The translations under genes and the position numbers were made by a program. Below the pieces are notes generated by a model. The model saw only the letters and a program-made list of their open reading frames with translations. It made no database searches and was not told the DNA's origin. This document shows positions 34,501 through 49,500 of a DNA stretch of 64,000 nucleotides, one piece after another; positions within the stretch are counted from its first letter, which is position 1; each line of letters starts with the position of its first letter. The stretch is from Phoronis australis (taxonomy: Eukaryota > Animalia > Phoronida). The DNA lies in assembly GCA_002633005.1 (NCBI GenBank), contig NMRA01000436.1, positions 143,000-206,999 on the forward strand. Direction: 5' to 3'.

Positions 34501-37500
34501 CTACAACAAAGTGGTTGCTCCTGGTGAATAACACCATACCGGTAAAGTTGTTGCGCGTAGGGATGTTCCGAATGGCTGACGGCAGCTTCAGTTCGATAAG
34601 TTTATTAGAGCTTAGCGCCCATAGCTTGTACCCTGGAATATTACGTAAAGGATCGCAAAGGGTACATACAAAAAAGAGATAACGTTTCCAAAGATCTCAA
34701 TCTCTACTCATGTGCACTGCATGTGAAAGGCTCAATAACACTATCATTGGGGTCAAGAAGACGATCCATATTTTTGCAATGTTTAATACAACCAAATAGT
34801 TTTAATAATTATGACTATAGCTGAAACATGGCTATACAGCCCCGCCACCCTCTCCTTTCTACCTTTCTGCTCGTCTTCCCTACAGCTTTCGCGTCCACAC
34901 GAATATATGTTATCTTTAAATGGCTGTACCATGACACCAAAAAACATGTGTTATTCCAGGAAGGATTTGGGTTACGTACCATGACATTTGCACATACAGT
35001 GTATATTTATGAAGGCGAAAATGCTACTACTTTCAAAACCAATACCTGATGCAAGCGTTGCAACCAGGTAAGCATCATCAGGGCTTAGCGTAAGAGCGAA
35101 AACAGGATCTGAGTTATCAAAGGATTTGTCCAGGGCCCAGCGAGCACCGTCCTTCTTGTAAACAGCCACATCATTTTCTGAGATTCCTGAAAGAAGGTTG
35201 TTTTCCTGAAACGTTCTGTATGTGGATTGTAACATAGATGACGCCCATATCATATGAAGTGCACGAGACAACCTTTTGGGGGTAATCGGGATTTTAGCAG
35301 TCAGTAAATGCCTGCCGTGAATCAGCTGATTTTTCGAAGTGACAAGTATTGGTTTGTTTCTTAACATCCATGGTCAGCATAATACTTTATCGGTAACGGT
35401 CAGTGGTTATTCTAAGTATCTTCATAAGTCCTTGTAAGGTTTCAACAAATTTCGGAGACTGCAAAATTTTATGACCGATTCCTCCAAGCCACTTGTTAAA
35501 TGGCTGACCTTCACGTTAGTTATACAATGCGGTATCACAAACAAAGCAGATAATTAACGTACTATGCGCAAGTACTGAGATGCATTACAAACATGGGATA
35601 AGATGTACTACCCTTACTCTTGGCTTTAATGTTTTGACAAAGAGGAGAGCCGTACTCAGGGGCGGATCAAGGGTGTGGAGTTAGGGGGGCCAGGGCAGAG
35701 TATTAGCCATTGTTTTACCCGTCAAACATTCGCAACCCAGAAGTCCCAAATGGAATATGGGAGAATTTTAGGGGGGGGGGGGCATGGCCCCCTTGGCCCC
35801 TCCTTAAATCCACCTCTAGTACTATAGTTTGTTTTGACATATTAAAATTCACATAAAAGTACGTCCACCGCTTTACAATAATGGACCCACTCATGAGGTT
35901 AGCACCAGCGATAACGCCTCGATGAGGTGTTCACGTGTAAAGAACAAGAGGCTCTACTTAAAGAAAGTTTGGAAGGGGCTGCTTTTTAGCGAAATATGAA
36001 ACTCCACATCATTTGAAGAGCCTGCATCCACTCGAGCAGTGCAGAATGAAATCAGCACAGGTCTGTATAACCATACCTACCAATACAAGCGTAAACGACA
36101 TTCTTATCGGACGTGATAGCAATTGCAGAGTGAAACTCGAAAGACTCAATGTTTCCATTTTCCACCGCAAGAGTCATGTCGTTATCTTTCTCTTCGCCAC
36201 TTTTCAGTACCATGTAGTTCTCCCCGGAAGTGCTAAGGTCGAGCTGAAACGTTAAGAGGATTTCAAGTTAACTAACAACTCGTAGAACATTATCGAAGAA
36301 GTTTATAGGGAACATAGAGGAGGGGGAGAGGGGCTTGCAGTGTATGACTAAGAACAATACGGATGATCTACTGTATGGTCAACGTTAAAATTCCTTTGAA
36401 GTCATCCGTTATACGAGGGTCGTTCAATAAGTTCTCGGCCTCACCAAGAAAACAGGGAGGCAGGTTAATTTTTTTCGCACCATAGTAAAATTTCATCTGC
36501 CGCTAGGTGGCGCTGCTTCAAAACAGCAGACGTCGACATATTTAGCAGCATGGAGATAACGGAGACGAGAGCCGTTATAAAGTATTTGGGTAAAAAAGGA
36601 ATGAAACCAAAAGATATTCATGAAGAGATGCGAAAAACAGTCGGAACAGACTCGCCGAGCTACTCCACAGTAAAAAATGACCAGCTTATTTCAAGAGGGG
36701 TAGAGATCAGAAAGCATTGAAGATGATACTCGTCCAGGACGTCCCAAATTATCGACCTCCAGTGAAAATGTGCAGAAAATTCATGGAATGGTTATGAAAG
36801 ATAGGCCAATGACTGTCCAATATTTAGCAAACACTTTTGGTATCAGCAATGGGTACGTCTCTAAAGTTTTGGGTGAAGATGTGGGCATGGATAAGCTGAG
36901 TGCATGATGGGTGCCAAGAATGGTAACTCAGGATCAGAAAATGAGCAAAATGCAAAATTCAAAGGAACTTCTTGGAAGATTCCAAGCAGATCCAGCTAAA
37001 TTTTCGACGAGACTTGTAACCCAGGATGAGACATGTCATGGGTCCACCACTTTGACTCGGAATCAAAACAACAAAGTAAACAATGGAAGCACGTGAGTTC
37101 CCCAAGCCCGAGAAAGTTCAAGTTGGGTCCCTCTGCGAGCAGTTATGGCCTCTGTGTTCTGGGACAGCGAAGGTATTCTGATGATCGACCACTTGCAACG
37201 AGGACACATTGTTACTGGGAATTACTATGCATCACTTTTGAAAAAATTCAAAAAGCAATCATGGAAAAGAGACGCGGGAAGTTTCGGGATGGAGTGTTTT
37301 TACTTCAAGACAATGCACCTGCCCATACTGCCAAAGTTGCATTGGCTGAAGCAACAAGATGTGGCTTTGAAACCCTTCCGAACCCCGCCTATGGTCCAGA
37401 CCTGGCCCCATCTGATTTTTATTTGTTTCCACATGTGAAGGCCTACCTGCGTGGACGCCAGTATGTGAGCGATGATGACGTCATGAGTGCAGTGGAGGAG

Positions 37501-40500
37501 TATTTTGAGGGGTTCGACAAAAGTTTCTTTTACGAAGGCATTGCAAAACTGGAGCACAGATGGAAGAAATGCATTGATGTAACGGGAGATAATATTGAAA
37601 AATAAAAGTCAAAATTAATTGCTATAGCGTTGTTTTCTGGGTAGGCCGTGAACGTATTGAACCACCCTCGCATAATCCCATTTCTTCAATAACACCACTT
37701 ATCGTTATGAAAATGGTCGAAGGACGAACGTTTGGTTATTGTTTGAGGTCATGCTCAACAAGATGACTTATCAAGGTGTGTCAAATTTTTCAACGACTAT
37801 GTTGAACTTCTTTCCCCAAAACCAAAAAACACTTATTATCTAAGTAATCCGTGATTTGAAACCACTTGATGGCGGTACGTTTGTATTGTCTAATGATGTT
37901 TTTTCTCTTAAAATTAAGCACCCATGGCTTCTGATTTGTAGCTTAATCAAAATTACAATGTAATTTACAGACTGATGCCAAAAATAGCCGTAATTGACAT
38001 TGTCCCATTTGTTTTAAAGTACGTATTTCATTAAAATCAATGAGCAGTTTTGTACGTTGTACGATCATGGACTAATAAAGGTGATTATGCACTAGCATGA
38101 ACAGGGACCACGTTAATTGCACCAAATCAATAAAATAAAAGATAGAGTTAATTTCAGTGTTGTCTTGGAGACAATACCTGTAAGAGAGGAGTGTGGTCAG
38201 ATATCTTCTGCTTGGTTTCCAGAGTGCCATCTAACGAGTAGATGTGCCAGTTGGTTGAACTCCACACCACCAAGTGAGTGTTATTTGCACTAGTTCCCAT
38301 TATTGCGGACTTTCCTTCTACTGGTCTGGGGATGACTCGATACTCGCCCGTCATTATAGAACAGACGATTACCTTATGATAACATGAGCAAAAACAAGTT
38401 CAATGCGATCTTGACACAACGATGCTTGATCGAGCACTAAATGCTATACTAACTCATGCAGATAGACATGACGTCATGCAGATAGACATGGCGTCAATAT
38501 GGGTATGAAGTGAAGTTAGCCTGAAACTACAGTGCATAATACTTCGTTGCCACTGGATGATACAATGCAAAAATGTCATCAGTTGTTTCAGTAACAAAAG
38601 AGTACTTTTTGGATGTTCCTTGGAAAGACATTTAGCCGTTAGATCCCTACAGAAATGGGGGACACGTACTGAATTAGACGGCACCAGAGAAGCAACGGCT
38701 CTGCTTGTAGAAATCTTGTATTCTGGTAGTCATGTGAGAGACATTGTCACATCCACATGTTGAAGAACGAATTTCTGCCCATAATTAGGCTATCGAGATG
38801 TTAAAAAAGGAATTTCCTTCCATAACATCGCTAAATGAATATCGAATCGTCCATCGATAACAAAAGATACCCGTTAGATTACTTGACGTATCCATACATG
38901 TGTATGTTGAAAGAAACATATCCACCAGATCACAACAACGGTAGTTCTTTGCTGGTTCCCTGGGTGTCCGCGAGGTGGTAGTTGACACGCAGGTACACTG
39001 TATCATTTCATTTTCCTCGGGATTTCGTTACACCGGCGTTTGTGATTGGCTGGTCGAATGGGGCTATTCGGAAAATCTGCAATAACTAGAGGGCGTGCGT
39101 GTACTAGTGGTGATAGATTAACAGCCTCGATTTCGCGAGCCCTTTAAATACATGGTGAAATGGCTTGCAGCCGTGCCAACTGAATCTAAGATTGCGTAAG
39201 AGAGGAAGTAAGCACGACCTCATACAAAGGTAAGGTTAGTGATTATTTTAACGATTATTCCATTATTATTCTACCGATGCCTGTTAACTGAGGCACTCGC
39301 CGATGTCGACTTCGAGGCAGTCAGTCGCCAGCCAGAGTCTGGTTAATCTTTGTATGTTGTGATATGTAATACGATACTTGACGTAGCAATCGGGATCTTT
39401 TCGTACATCAAAGCATTATTATTGTTTGGAATAATTTCTAAAAGTTTATCAGTGACAGTTACATCAATCAATGCTGAATGCCGGTTTATGCTGTCAACTC
39501 GATACAGGTTAATGAGTTAAGATTACAATTCAATCCCAATGACAAAGGGTACGTGAGTGATAAATATCCATTGTATTACACTATTTGTTTACTCCCTATC
39601 ATATGTCTTCTGGAAATCTATTACACGTTGAAATAAAAATCTATCACGTCAGTTTTCACGTAACCTTTGGTTTTTAGGTTTGAAGGCATGTACCGTGCAG
39701 AGGAGATATGCATCGCTTCTGTACCGTCCATGAATGGACAAAATTGTTTTTGTGCATTTGACTGCAGCTAACCAACAAGATCTTCCCATCCAGTGCAGAT
39801 CTGTTGTCAAAGCCTACTTTAAATATTGAAGATAACAAACAAAGCCTTTGAAAAGGAACAGCTATTTTTAAAGTCATTTTGTTAAATTACTTATTCAGGT
39901 CCCGAGGGGGGATTGGCATAGGGGGTTGTAATATTTGGTACAACTGAATGTGTGGAAATAACAGGTAATACATGTTTGGGGAAAAGAGCATGGTGAGGTA
40001 ATTCNNNNNNNNNNNNNNNNNNNNNNNNNNNNNNNNNNNNNNNNNNNNNNNNNNNNNNNNNNNNNNNNNNNNNNNNNNNNNNNNNNNNNNNNNNNNNNNN
40101 NNNNNNNNNNNNNNNNNNNNNNNNNNNNNNNNNNNNNNNNNNNNNNNNNNNNNNNNNNNNNNNNNNNNNNNNNNNNNNNNNNNNNNNNNNNNNNNNNNNN
40201 NNNNNNNNNNNNNNNNNNNNNNNNNNNNNNNNNNNNNNNNNNNNNNNNNNNNNNNNNNNNNNNNNNNNNNNNNNNNNNNNNNNNNNNNNNNNNNNNNNNN
40301 NNNNNNNNNNNNNNNNNNNNNNNNNNNNNNNNNNNNNNNNNNNNNNNNNNNNNNNNNNNNNNNNNNNNNNNNNNNNNNNNNNNNNNNNNNNNNNNNNNNN
40401 NNNNNNNNNNNNNNNNNNNNNNNNNNNNNNNNNNNNNNNNNNNNNNNNNNNNNNNNNNNNNNNNNNNNNNNNNNNNNNNNNNNNNNNNNNNNNNNNNNNN

Positions 40501-43500
40501 NNNNNNNNNNNNNNNNNNNNNNNNNNNNNNNNNNNNNNNNNNNNNNNNNNNNNNNNNNNNNNNNNNNNNNNNNNNNNNNNNNNNNNNNNNNNNNNNNNNN
40601 NNNNNNNNNNNNNNNNNNNNNNNNNNNNNNNNNNNNNNNNNNNNNNNNNNNNNNNNNNNNNNNNNNNNNNNNNNNNNNNNNNNNNNNNNATAACTTGTAA
40701 AAAATGTTCTATCCAATACGTAGGACAAACTCAACATAATCTACAAACTCGGTTTCGTAATCATAGATTTAACATAATACATAAAAACATTTCTGATACT
40801 GTAGGTAATCATTTCAATTCCAAAAACCATAATATTCAAGATCTTTCTGTACAAATAATAGAAAAACTCCAACACCCCAGTACCCCTCACAGACTTAAAA
40901 GAGAACAATATTGGATAGACAAACTGAATACAATAGAACCTCATGGATTGAACATAAAAACTTAAAATATGTCATTGAATTTTTTACGCAAAAATGTATC
41001 ATTTTCATTACACCATATCTTATATGTCAATTGTCATTTCGTGTTTGATTTTACTTTATTTCTGTTTTTGTTGATAAAGGAAGTTGTTACCTCCGAAAAT
41101 TTCAAATTTCAGTTGATCCATTCTTGTTGTTTTATTTACCGATTTATATTCTTCATTTCACGAAACAATAGTATCCTTGGGAGGATCTGGATCGCCTTAT
41201 TTAGTTTCAGATATATTTTCTACGTTAAAGATATGCGGGAATTTTCACCGCTCGTCCTTCTGAGCGCGGGCTTTTACCAGGATCAAAGAGAGCGCTACGC
41301 CAGAGTCAGGTACAGTTGTGATGACCGCATTGCCCGATGCGAGCAAGACCCAATTAAGTGTAATTACCCGACCATAAACTGTATAAAACATCCCTGACTG
41401 TACAACATGGCGAATTTTCAAAATGCATGAACCACTAATTTCGTTAAAAACGAACACGACGGCGGTATTCAGCTCGAAAAAAAAACAACCAAGTACGGTT
41501 TTCGATTTTTAAAAATCAGATTTTTGACTAGGAAACAGTTGTACTTAACTTGTGCCCACTTATATTTTTTATTAGGCCTACTGACAAGGAGCTAGAATAG
41601 TTATATAGTCAGTGCCACCAAAATTGTCCAGAGATTCAGTCTTCAGTTTGGTTATCGCCATATATTCACTTTTGTATATATTTTATGGTTTGAGTTCTAA
41701 TAAAGATTAAACTCAGTTTAATAAAATGTTTAGTGTACCTGTAATGTGGAAAGTTCAGGGATGGGCTCACAATGAACTTAACTAATTAAGTTTTGCTGGC
41801 GATTGAAATCTACCACTGTTTTGGTACTTCCAGTTTAAAACTTAGATGAAAAGTTATCAACCCGTTTCCGGTAAAAATGAAGTGGGCAGAAGCATTAAAA
41901 TTAAATAACGAAAACCAATATGAAACATATCGTTCCTTTGGGAAGTGGGCCTTTGTGAAGATAAACACAAGTTAACCTTTTTAGTCATTTTGTAATATTT
42001 ATAACGTACCAAGTTAAAACTACTCTCCAGAGTTGCTGGTTGTAACTCTGCAAATGTCAGAGGAAACCAAACTGGGGTCACTAACAACAACCATTGTTGA
42101 GACAGTGATGCTAGCTATTACCTTTTCACTTCATTAGCTCAGACATACATCAATACAAAGAGCGTGTTGAATAGGCACAGTAAAAGTTGACTGTGGCTAA
42201 CGGAATTTCAGCAGTGACCAGTGTAAGCGAGAACTTCTCCACATGACAAAACACCGCCAATTTAGGTTCCGTGAACAATAAGTTTAGTCATCTGTTAAAT
42301 TACCGGTAATATATATACCTAATTCACGCCGACAGAAGGCGCATTCCAAAACGAGGCTCGCTACGATAGCTCTGTTGGCTTATAGACCCAATTCACGCAA
42401 CCGACATTAAAATCCAAAGCCAGGCTCACTGCGGTAAACAAAGCGGAAATTTACATTGCGTGAGTTAAATGGTCGGTCTTTGGAGTCCAACCTGAATATT
42501 AAATCTTAAAAAATGTGTCAAAAATTAACCACAGAGACGTAGAAAAATACAGTTAAAGAACAAGTCAATGCACCAAAGAGTTGTCTGACGAAAGGATATA
42601 TTTTTTTTTTCCGGAAAACTAGGTTCGAAACATGAAAAGTAAACATGACCAAATTGCGGCGATCGTAGTGTTACGGATTAGGTACTATGCTGAATTCAGG
42701 GTTACGTTTCTTCTAATAAATTCTTGATAAAAATGCTTTCTACACGAACCAGGTCATCTGGTCGTATTGTTGACGAGTTGAAGATATACATGTATTCGAC
42801 AGTGGTGGCTCATAGCATTTTGTGTCATGTGCAATTAGTCACATCTGGTTTAACTTGTTGATTAAGAGTAGGCCTATTAGGTTCAAGCATAGCCTAGATC
42901 CTGGTGAGGTAGGCACTACCGGGACTAACAATTGATTTGTCATTATCTGAAGTAATACTTGATGTTATTAAATATATATTTTGATTACGATAAAAAACCA
43001 GGCTCGCAATTGAAAATAAAAAGTGGTATGACCATCAATTCTGCTTTCTTGGTTTTAATAATTACGTGTATTTCATTGTTATATTTTTCAAATATCAATC
43101 TCGACCAAGTTGAATTTTAAAATTAAAACACCTTATCATTTCGTCCAAAGCCCAACCTCGTTTTAGAGCTCAATTTCACTTAACTGGACAGAACAGAGTG
43201 GCGGATTTAGAGGGAGCCAAGGGGGCAATGCCCCCCTTAAAATTCTTCCAGATTCCATTTGGCAGTTCAGGACCGCGAATGTTTGACGGGCAAAATCCTG
43301 GCTAATACTGTGCCTTGCCCCCCCCTCCAACTCAAAGTCCTGGATCCCCCCTGTAATTAGCATAGTTATCATGTTTCTTAAAGAGGTCTCGTTCATATCC
43401 GAGGGGAAAGGTGCCTGTGCGGCCTTCTGAGAGGGTAACGTTTCGCCGAGTGACGGGTCAGTGAAAAATCTACTGACCTCCCGATCACCATCAATAGCAC

Positions 43501-46500
43501 CCCGCCCTGTTTCAAGCTCTCATAGTTCTGTCTCAAGTAGCATTTTCAGTGGCTGATCTAGGATACCATGAGGGGGGCCGACATCTTCGGAGAAGGGGGC
43601 AAAGCACGATTGTATGCACGCAGGCGGTTCGGAAGTTGCGGGCGCCGAGGATGTATGCCTTCTGCCAAGGAAATCTGTCGTTGGGCTAAAAAAAACGCAA
43701 CGTGATTTCCCCCCCTCGTCCGCTACCGGTCCTAGCTCGTACTCAGTATAGTCAGGCAGTCCTACCGCTTCACGTTTTGCTGGTTTATTTTGCTTGCGGC
43801 AGCCAACGACGTCGAGATTCGGAAGCGTTGGGTGGTTGCCATACGCCGCGACGAAGGAAAATATGTCCATGTAAAGTTTACAAATGTTTTCGAATAGTTA
43901 GATTATATTTTGAAGCATCTTGGTTGCCGAGCATTAAACCAACGACCGGAGAGTCTTCGGCCAGCCCGGCTGTGTTTTCATGACTACGGCCGGGGTAGAA
44001 ACGTGATGCATTTTTCTTTCCAAAAAAGGACAGGGGTCTCAGGATTTTCTTCGATTTTTCCCCTCACTCGGCGAAAATTCCCCTCTCCGAAGGCACAGTC
44101 ACCTTTGCCCTGATGAACGAGGCCCCTTAAGAAACATGATAACTATGCTTGCTCTGTCCAGTTAACTGGAAGGGAGCTCTAAAACGAAGTTACATGTATG
44201 CTTTGGACGAAAGAATTAGGTGTTTTAATTTTAGAATTCAAGTTGGTCCAGATTGATATTTGAAACCCAACACGTGAAATAGACTTTTAAGTCTATTTCT
44301 TTTAAGTAATTAAAATTACTAAAACCAAGAAAGCAGAATTGATTGTCAAATGATTTTTGTTTTCAATTTTTAGTTTACAAATATATATTTAATAACATCA
44401 ATTATTCTTTCAGATCAACGACAAAACAACTGTTACTCCCGGTAGTCCCTACCTAACCAGGACCTACATGTAGGCTATGCTTGATGTTAATATTCTTGAT
44501 CAACAAATTAAACCAGATGTGACAAATTGCACGACAGCAAATTGCGATGATCACCATACACTGTCGAATATATCTTCAACTCGACAACAATACGAGCAGA
44601 CAGCATGGTTAGTGTAGGAAGCATTTTTATCAACAACTTACAAAAAGAAACGTAACCCTGCATTCAGCATAGTACCTAATCCGTAACACTACGATCGCCG
44701 CAATTTGGTCATATTTACTTCTCATGTTTCGAACCAAGTTTTCCGAAAAAATCTTAAACCCCTTCGTCAGCCAACTCTTTGGTGCATTGACATATTCTCC
44801 AATGTATTTTTCTAAGTCTCTGTGGTTAATTATTGACACATTTTTAAGATTTAATATCCAGGTTCGACTCGAAAGACCGGCAATTTAACTCACGCAAGGT
44901 CAACTTCAACTTTGTATTATCGCAGTGATCCTCGCTTTGGAGTTTAATGTCTGCCGCGGGAATTAGGTCTATAGTCACTTACAGACTCACTAATAATGAG
45001 AACCAGTTTGTTGCCTGTTATTTAGTGGAGAAAACAACCAGATTCTCAAAGTATGGGACTTCTTCAAGTGACTATCACCAAATTCCCAGTAAACACTGTA
45101 ACAGTACAAGGTGCTTTCGGTAGAGTTGCTTACTTGGTTGTTGTTGGTGTACGTGACGGCGTGTTTGTCGTCTGGGGACAAAGACAGATTCTGCATGATT
45201 CCTTCCACACCAGGGGAAACTGTACGGAACACTTCACCAGTAGACATGTCCCATATGATAAACTTATTAGAGACAGACACAAGGTACCTAGTGTCGCTAG
45301 TGATGCCGATGCCGAAAGGCGCAAATTGATGACCCTCCAGACTGTACTGTAGCGGCCCGCCTGGAAGCATTCATGAATATTCGGTTCAGATATTTTCTCA
45401 CTATCTAGGTAAATAAATGGTTAGAAGAAGTATTGTTTTGGTGCAATTATAGACAAATCTCGCCGCCCATTTTTGTTTTAACAAGACAATCAAAGTATGT
45501 CTTGTTGAACATTTTCAACATTTTCAAAACCGTTTTCAGTTAATTGATTTCATAGCACATGTTTGTTTCCAAACAAAGCAGAGAGTTGCTAATCAACTTG
45601 AGGCCTCTGTTATCTTAAGAGCATAAATCTAGCAACATTCGTTTGTTATCCTGTTGGGAGCAGGTGTGCCTCACTCGGTACTCACCAGGTGTATATAGAT
45701 AGTGGTACGAAGATACCAGGTGTGCGTCACTCGGTACTCACCAGGTGTATGTAGACAGTGATACGAAGGTACCAGGTGTCCCTCACTGGGTACTCACCAG
45801 GTGTAAGCAAACAGTGATACGAAAGTACCAGGTATGCCTAACTCGGTACTCACCACGTGTATGTAGACAGTACGAAGGCACCAGGTGTCGTCAATCGGTA
45901 CTCACCAGGTGTATGTAGACAGTGATACAAAGGTACCTGGTGTGCCTCACTCGGTACTCACCAGGTGTATGCAGACAGTGATACGAAGGCACCAGCGCAC
46001 AATCCTTCAAGCCGTCAGTGTCACACTGATCAATGAGTAGCCGAATCTTCTCGTGTGTAGAATAATAAGGCAGAAGACGACCAATTATCTGAGGTCCTGT
46101 GAATATCGTTAAATAAGGAAGACTGAGATGAAAGCTACTTGTGAGCAATGGATAAAAGATGTTAACCTTTTGCAGGTGACCACATATCAAGGGCCATTTT
46201 TAGTTAACCGCAATAGCACAAGCTAAGCTTTTAAGTCTAAAGCATAAGATCTCGATCGATTGAAAATGCATGAACCTAATAGAGACCGTGTTGATATTGT
46301 TACATCTGGGACGATTGACAGAAAAATAAGCGCGCCACCCAAAACATTTTACTTCTAATTTTACTAAATAATTTTTTCCATAGAGACATTGAAACTTTGC
46401 AACGCGCCCCGACAATAAAATAGTTAAAATAAAACAGATTCCGACTTAATTATAAGAGAGGGAAGTTCTAGCAGTGGGAAACTAACAAATCTTGTGAGCG

Positions 46501-49500
46501 TCATAATACAATATAAGTGGGAAAACTACATGTTAAGCCATATCTGCAATTCTGAAGTGTGTAGCTCAAGCATTCATCAACAGTCGTCAGCGTACATTTT
46601 TTTAAGATTGACTGTGCTACAATTTCAGTCTAACCCTCTGAAACACGAAAGTAGTACTGTACGTAGTCCTGACGGTCTCAGAAATGGTATGTGTAATTGG
46701 ATCATTCGATAGCTGAATACAACGTGATGTAACCTATGCAACTTCAACCTATTTTACCTAGCATTTCGGGGTGATGACTGAGGACAGAGGCCGACAACCT
46801 GAGAGTGTCACTCAGTAACTTGGTATCTTTGTCAAAAATGTGGTCTAGCGCGTCTTCGAAGTCCGCCAAAGTCGCTTGTAGTGGCATGGACGACAACTTG
46901 GCGTTAAGAAAGAGATAGTTGAATAACGCCTGTAAGAGACAGATACACATGTCTATTTCGGGTCGGCACCTTTTCCTGCTTTCTGGTATTAACTTACAAT
47001 AACATCACTTGTAAAGTCACTGTAGAAATTAGAAAGCGTTACTAACGACGAGATCGTTTGTCAAAGGCGAAAGCAATCGAAACTGTTTGACACAATACGT
47101 GACTAAGCGAGAAAATCGTTTAGCTCATTAACGAAACTTTATCTCGGAGAAGGTACGGCAGTATAGGGTCTGCAATGACCGTAAGTAACAGCCAAACCTA
47201 TCATACAGTACGCAAAGCAATCGGGTGTTACTGCTTTTAAACATAATTAAAATCACGACAATGTGCCATACCTCTGAGTGAAGGTCTTCGTAACGGTGAG
47301 ATCGAATCAAATGGTATGGGAGCTCGCTGAGCTTACGCAGATTGTATCGAAGGATTTTACCGCGCGAATCGGTGAACACCATGGGTTGCATAGGAACCTA
47401 AACACGTAAGGGTATCATTATCAGGCGTCGGTCTTACCTGACGTAGTAGTATATTGGGTGTCCCAAAAACGTCCAGCTATCTGACTACCCACACCCCCTG
47501 CTTAACTGACCATTAACCATGCAATTTGGAAAAAAATATCTGAATCAATCAATTTCATGCACTTATGCGAAACATAATAAGAATATGTCTAAAACGGTAT
47601 AATCTGTAAACATTTATAATTGCAGCATTTTAATCTATTGGTTTGGCTTCCGTCGTCATCCTTCTTTTCTTTGAACATGCTTGCCTGATTGTTTATCAGT
47701 GAATTACTTGGCTGAAAAAAACGAATATTTTTCTCAAAGGCGCCCGCTGTTCATGACTCCCTTTCTCCATTAATGATTCTCATAGTGCAAAAAGTAGTTT
47801 TTTTCGTTTCAGCTTTGGTAAACTCTTACATATCAGCCAGCAACTTGCATTTTGTTTTTTTCACCACATTTTCATTTTTTTTACGAGCGAAATGTTTGTT
47901 CTGACCTCGAATGACGTCTAAATCATGTAGCCAAATTCTTTGACAATTGACTCAGATTCACAGATTGATAGCCTACATGTAAACTACAACTGACTCAGAT
48001 TCATACATTGATACATATATACTACAACTGACTAAGACTTACAGATTGATACAGTTTCACAAACTGATACATGTACATGTACAGTATACAGTAACATTCA
48101 ACAGCTCCCTCTGTTGAAGTAGCTTCGGTGTGGATTTTGAAAGTTATACTTCTTGCGAAATATTTAGAGAACCTAAGTAATGTCTGCACAGCGACTGCAA
48201 CTCAACTTAAATTGCTGTGACATGCCCATGGTTTGTTAGCGTTAATTCACTGAAAACCGCAAATCGATTTAGGCCATTTACTCTAACAAAATCTTTATAG
48301 CAATATTCGTTGCCGTAAATGGACTCTTACAGCTACCAACTCAAGTCACTGGTAATACATACAAGCACCAACCCTATAAACTCTGATTCGTTTTCTGTAG
48401 TTGCTGATGATCATAACGTTTTTCTTGGTAACGGAAATGTAATCTTATCATGTCAAGGAATTTTAATGATACCGACTATATGAAAGTAACAGGGATCATT
48501 CAGTTTTCGTTATTTAGCTTGCTACACAGAGATATTACATATACAAGTCAAATGGCTGGACAGTTTGGGACAAGCAAACTGATCCCTAAAGTAAGATATT
48601 GGTTAGCATATAGCAGTGTTGGAGTTAAATATCAGTAGCACTGCGGTAGTGCACATGTGTTACTAACCAACTGACATAAACATTAATCACATTGAATGGA
48701 CGCTTAATCAAGTTTCACGTCTACCTTTCTGTCTGATTCCCCTTTTGTGTCAGCCAAATGGAATCTTTGTCGTTGCAATTCTGAGTATTCAAATGGTTTT
48801 GACTTGCCACCCCACGTTCCAAGAAAGTAATCTGCTAACGTGCTATGGATCCACGAGACAAAGTTGAGATTTCTGAAGTACCTCTCGCGGGCAGCGTCGA
48901 TGAATTGTCTATGATACCTGTCATGATATCAAAAAGACGAACGAATGCATCCAGGGTAGTCAACATCCTGATTCGAAAATACAATTTCATGTTTGCAGCC
49001 AATGTTTTGTTTGCTGTATGTTTATTGCTCTTCTTTTGAATGAGACAAACATATACGAGCAAAATCTATTTTTTCCTTAGATCTAGTAGCTTTCAGACGT
49101 TCAATAAAGAGCTTTTTACCACAAAATTAGCCTCGAATGGCCAATACAACCGTGTAATAACCCATTTAGTTATCTCACTAGTGAGATAACATTTTGACGG
49201 GAACCGAGGCCGGTTTCGAGGCAGGTTTCGAACACGGACCGCAAGAGTTTCCATTCGTCGACTTTACTATTACACCATTCAGCGGCTGACGTCATCAAAT
49301 GCGAAAATAGAATACTTAAATGAGCACGTGCAACAACCGCATGTTCAGCAAAGGGCATTGTACCGACATTTATACGCTATGAAAAATATGAAACATAATT
49401 TCCATAAAAATGATATTTTAATTCAGTGAAATTTTTATCTCATGTTCTCTCACTTGTAAATCACCGATCTCCAATTTGAATGCGTGTATCGTGTCGTCGG

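Noticed and set aside
39895-40737. 280-aa ORF in the track
   Set aside because: Artefact of translating through the N gap
43520-43870. 116-aa ORF in the core of the foldback element
   Set aside because: No transposase motifs; length is expected by chance in GC-richer sequence
48725-48872. Alternative NWD acceptor at 48873 (tacttcag)
   Set aside because: Joining to the previous exon creates TGA; the acceptor at 48918 restores the conserved WYHRQF motif
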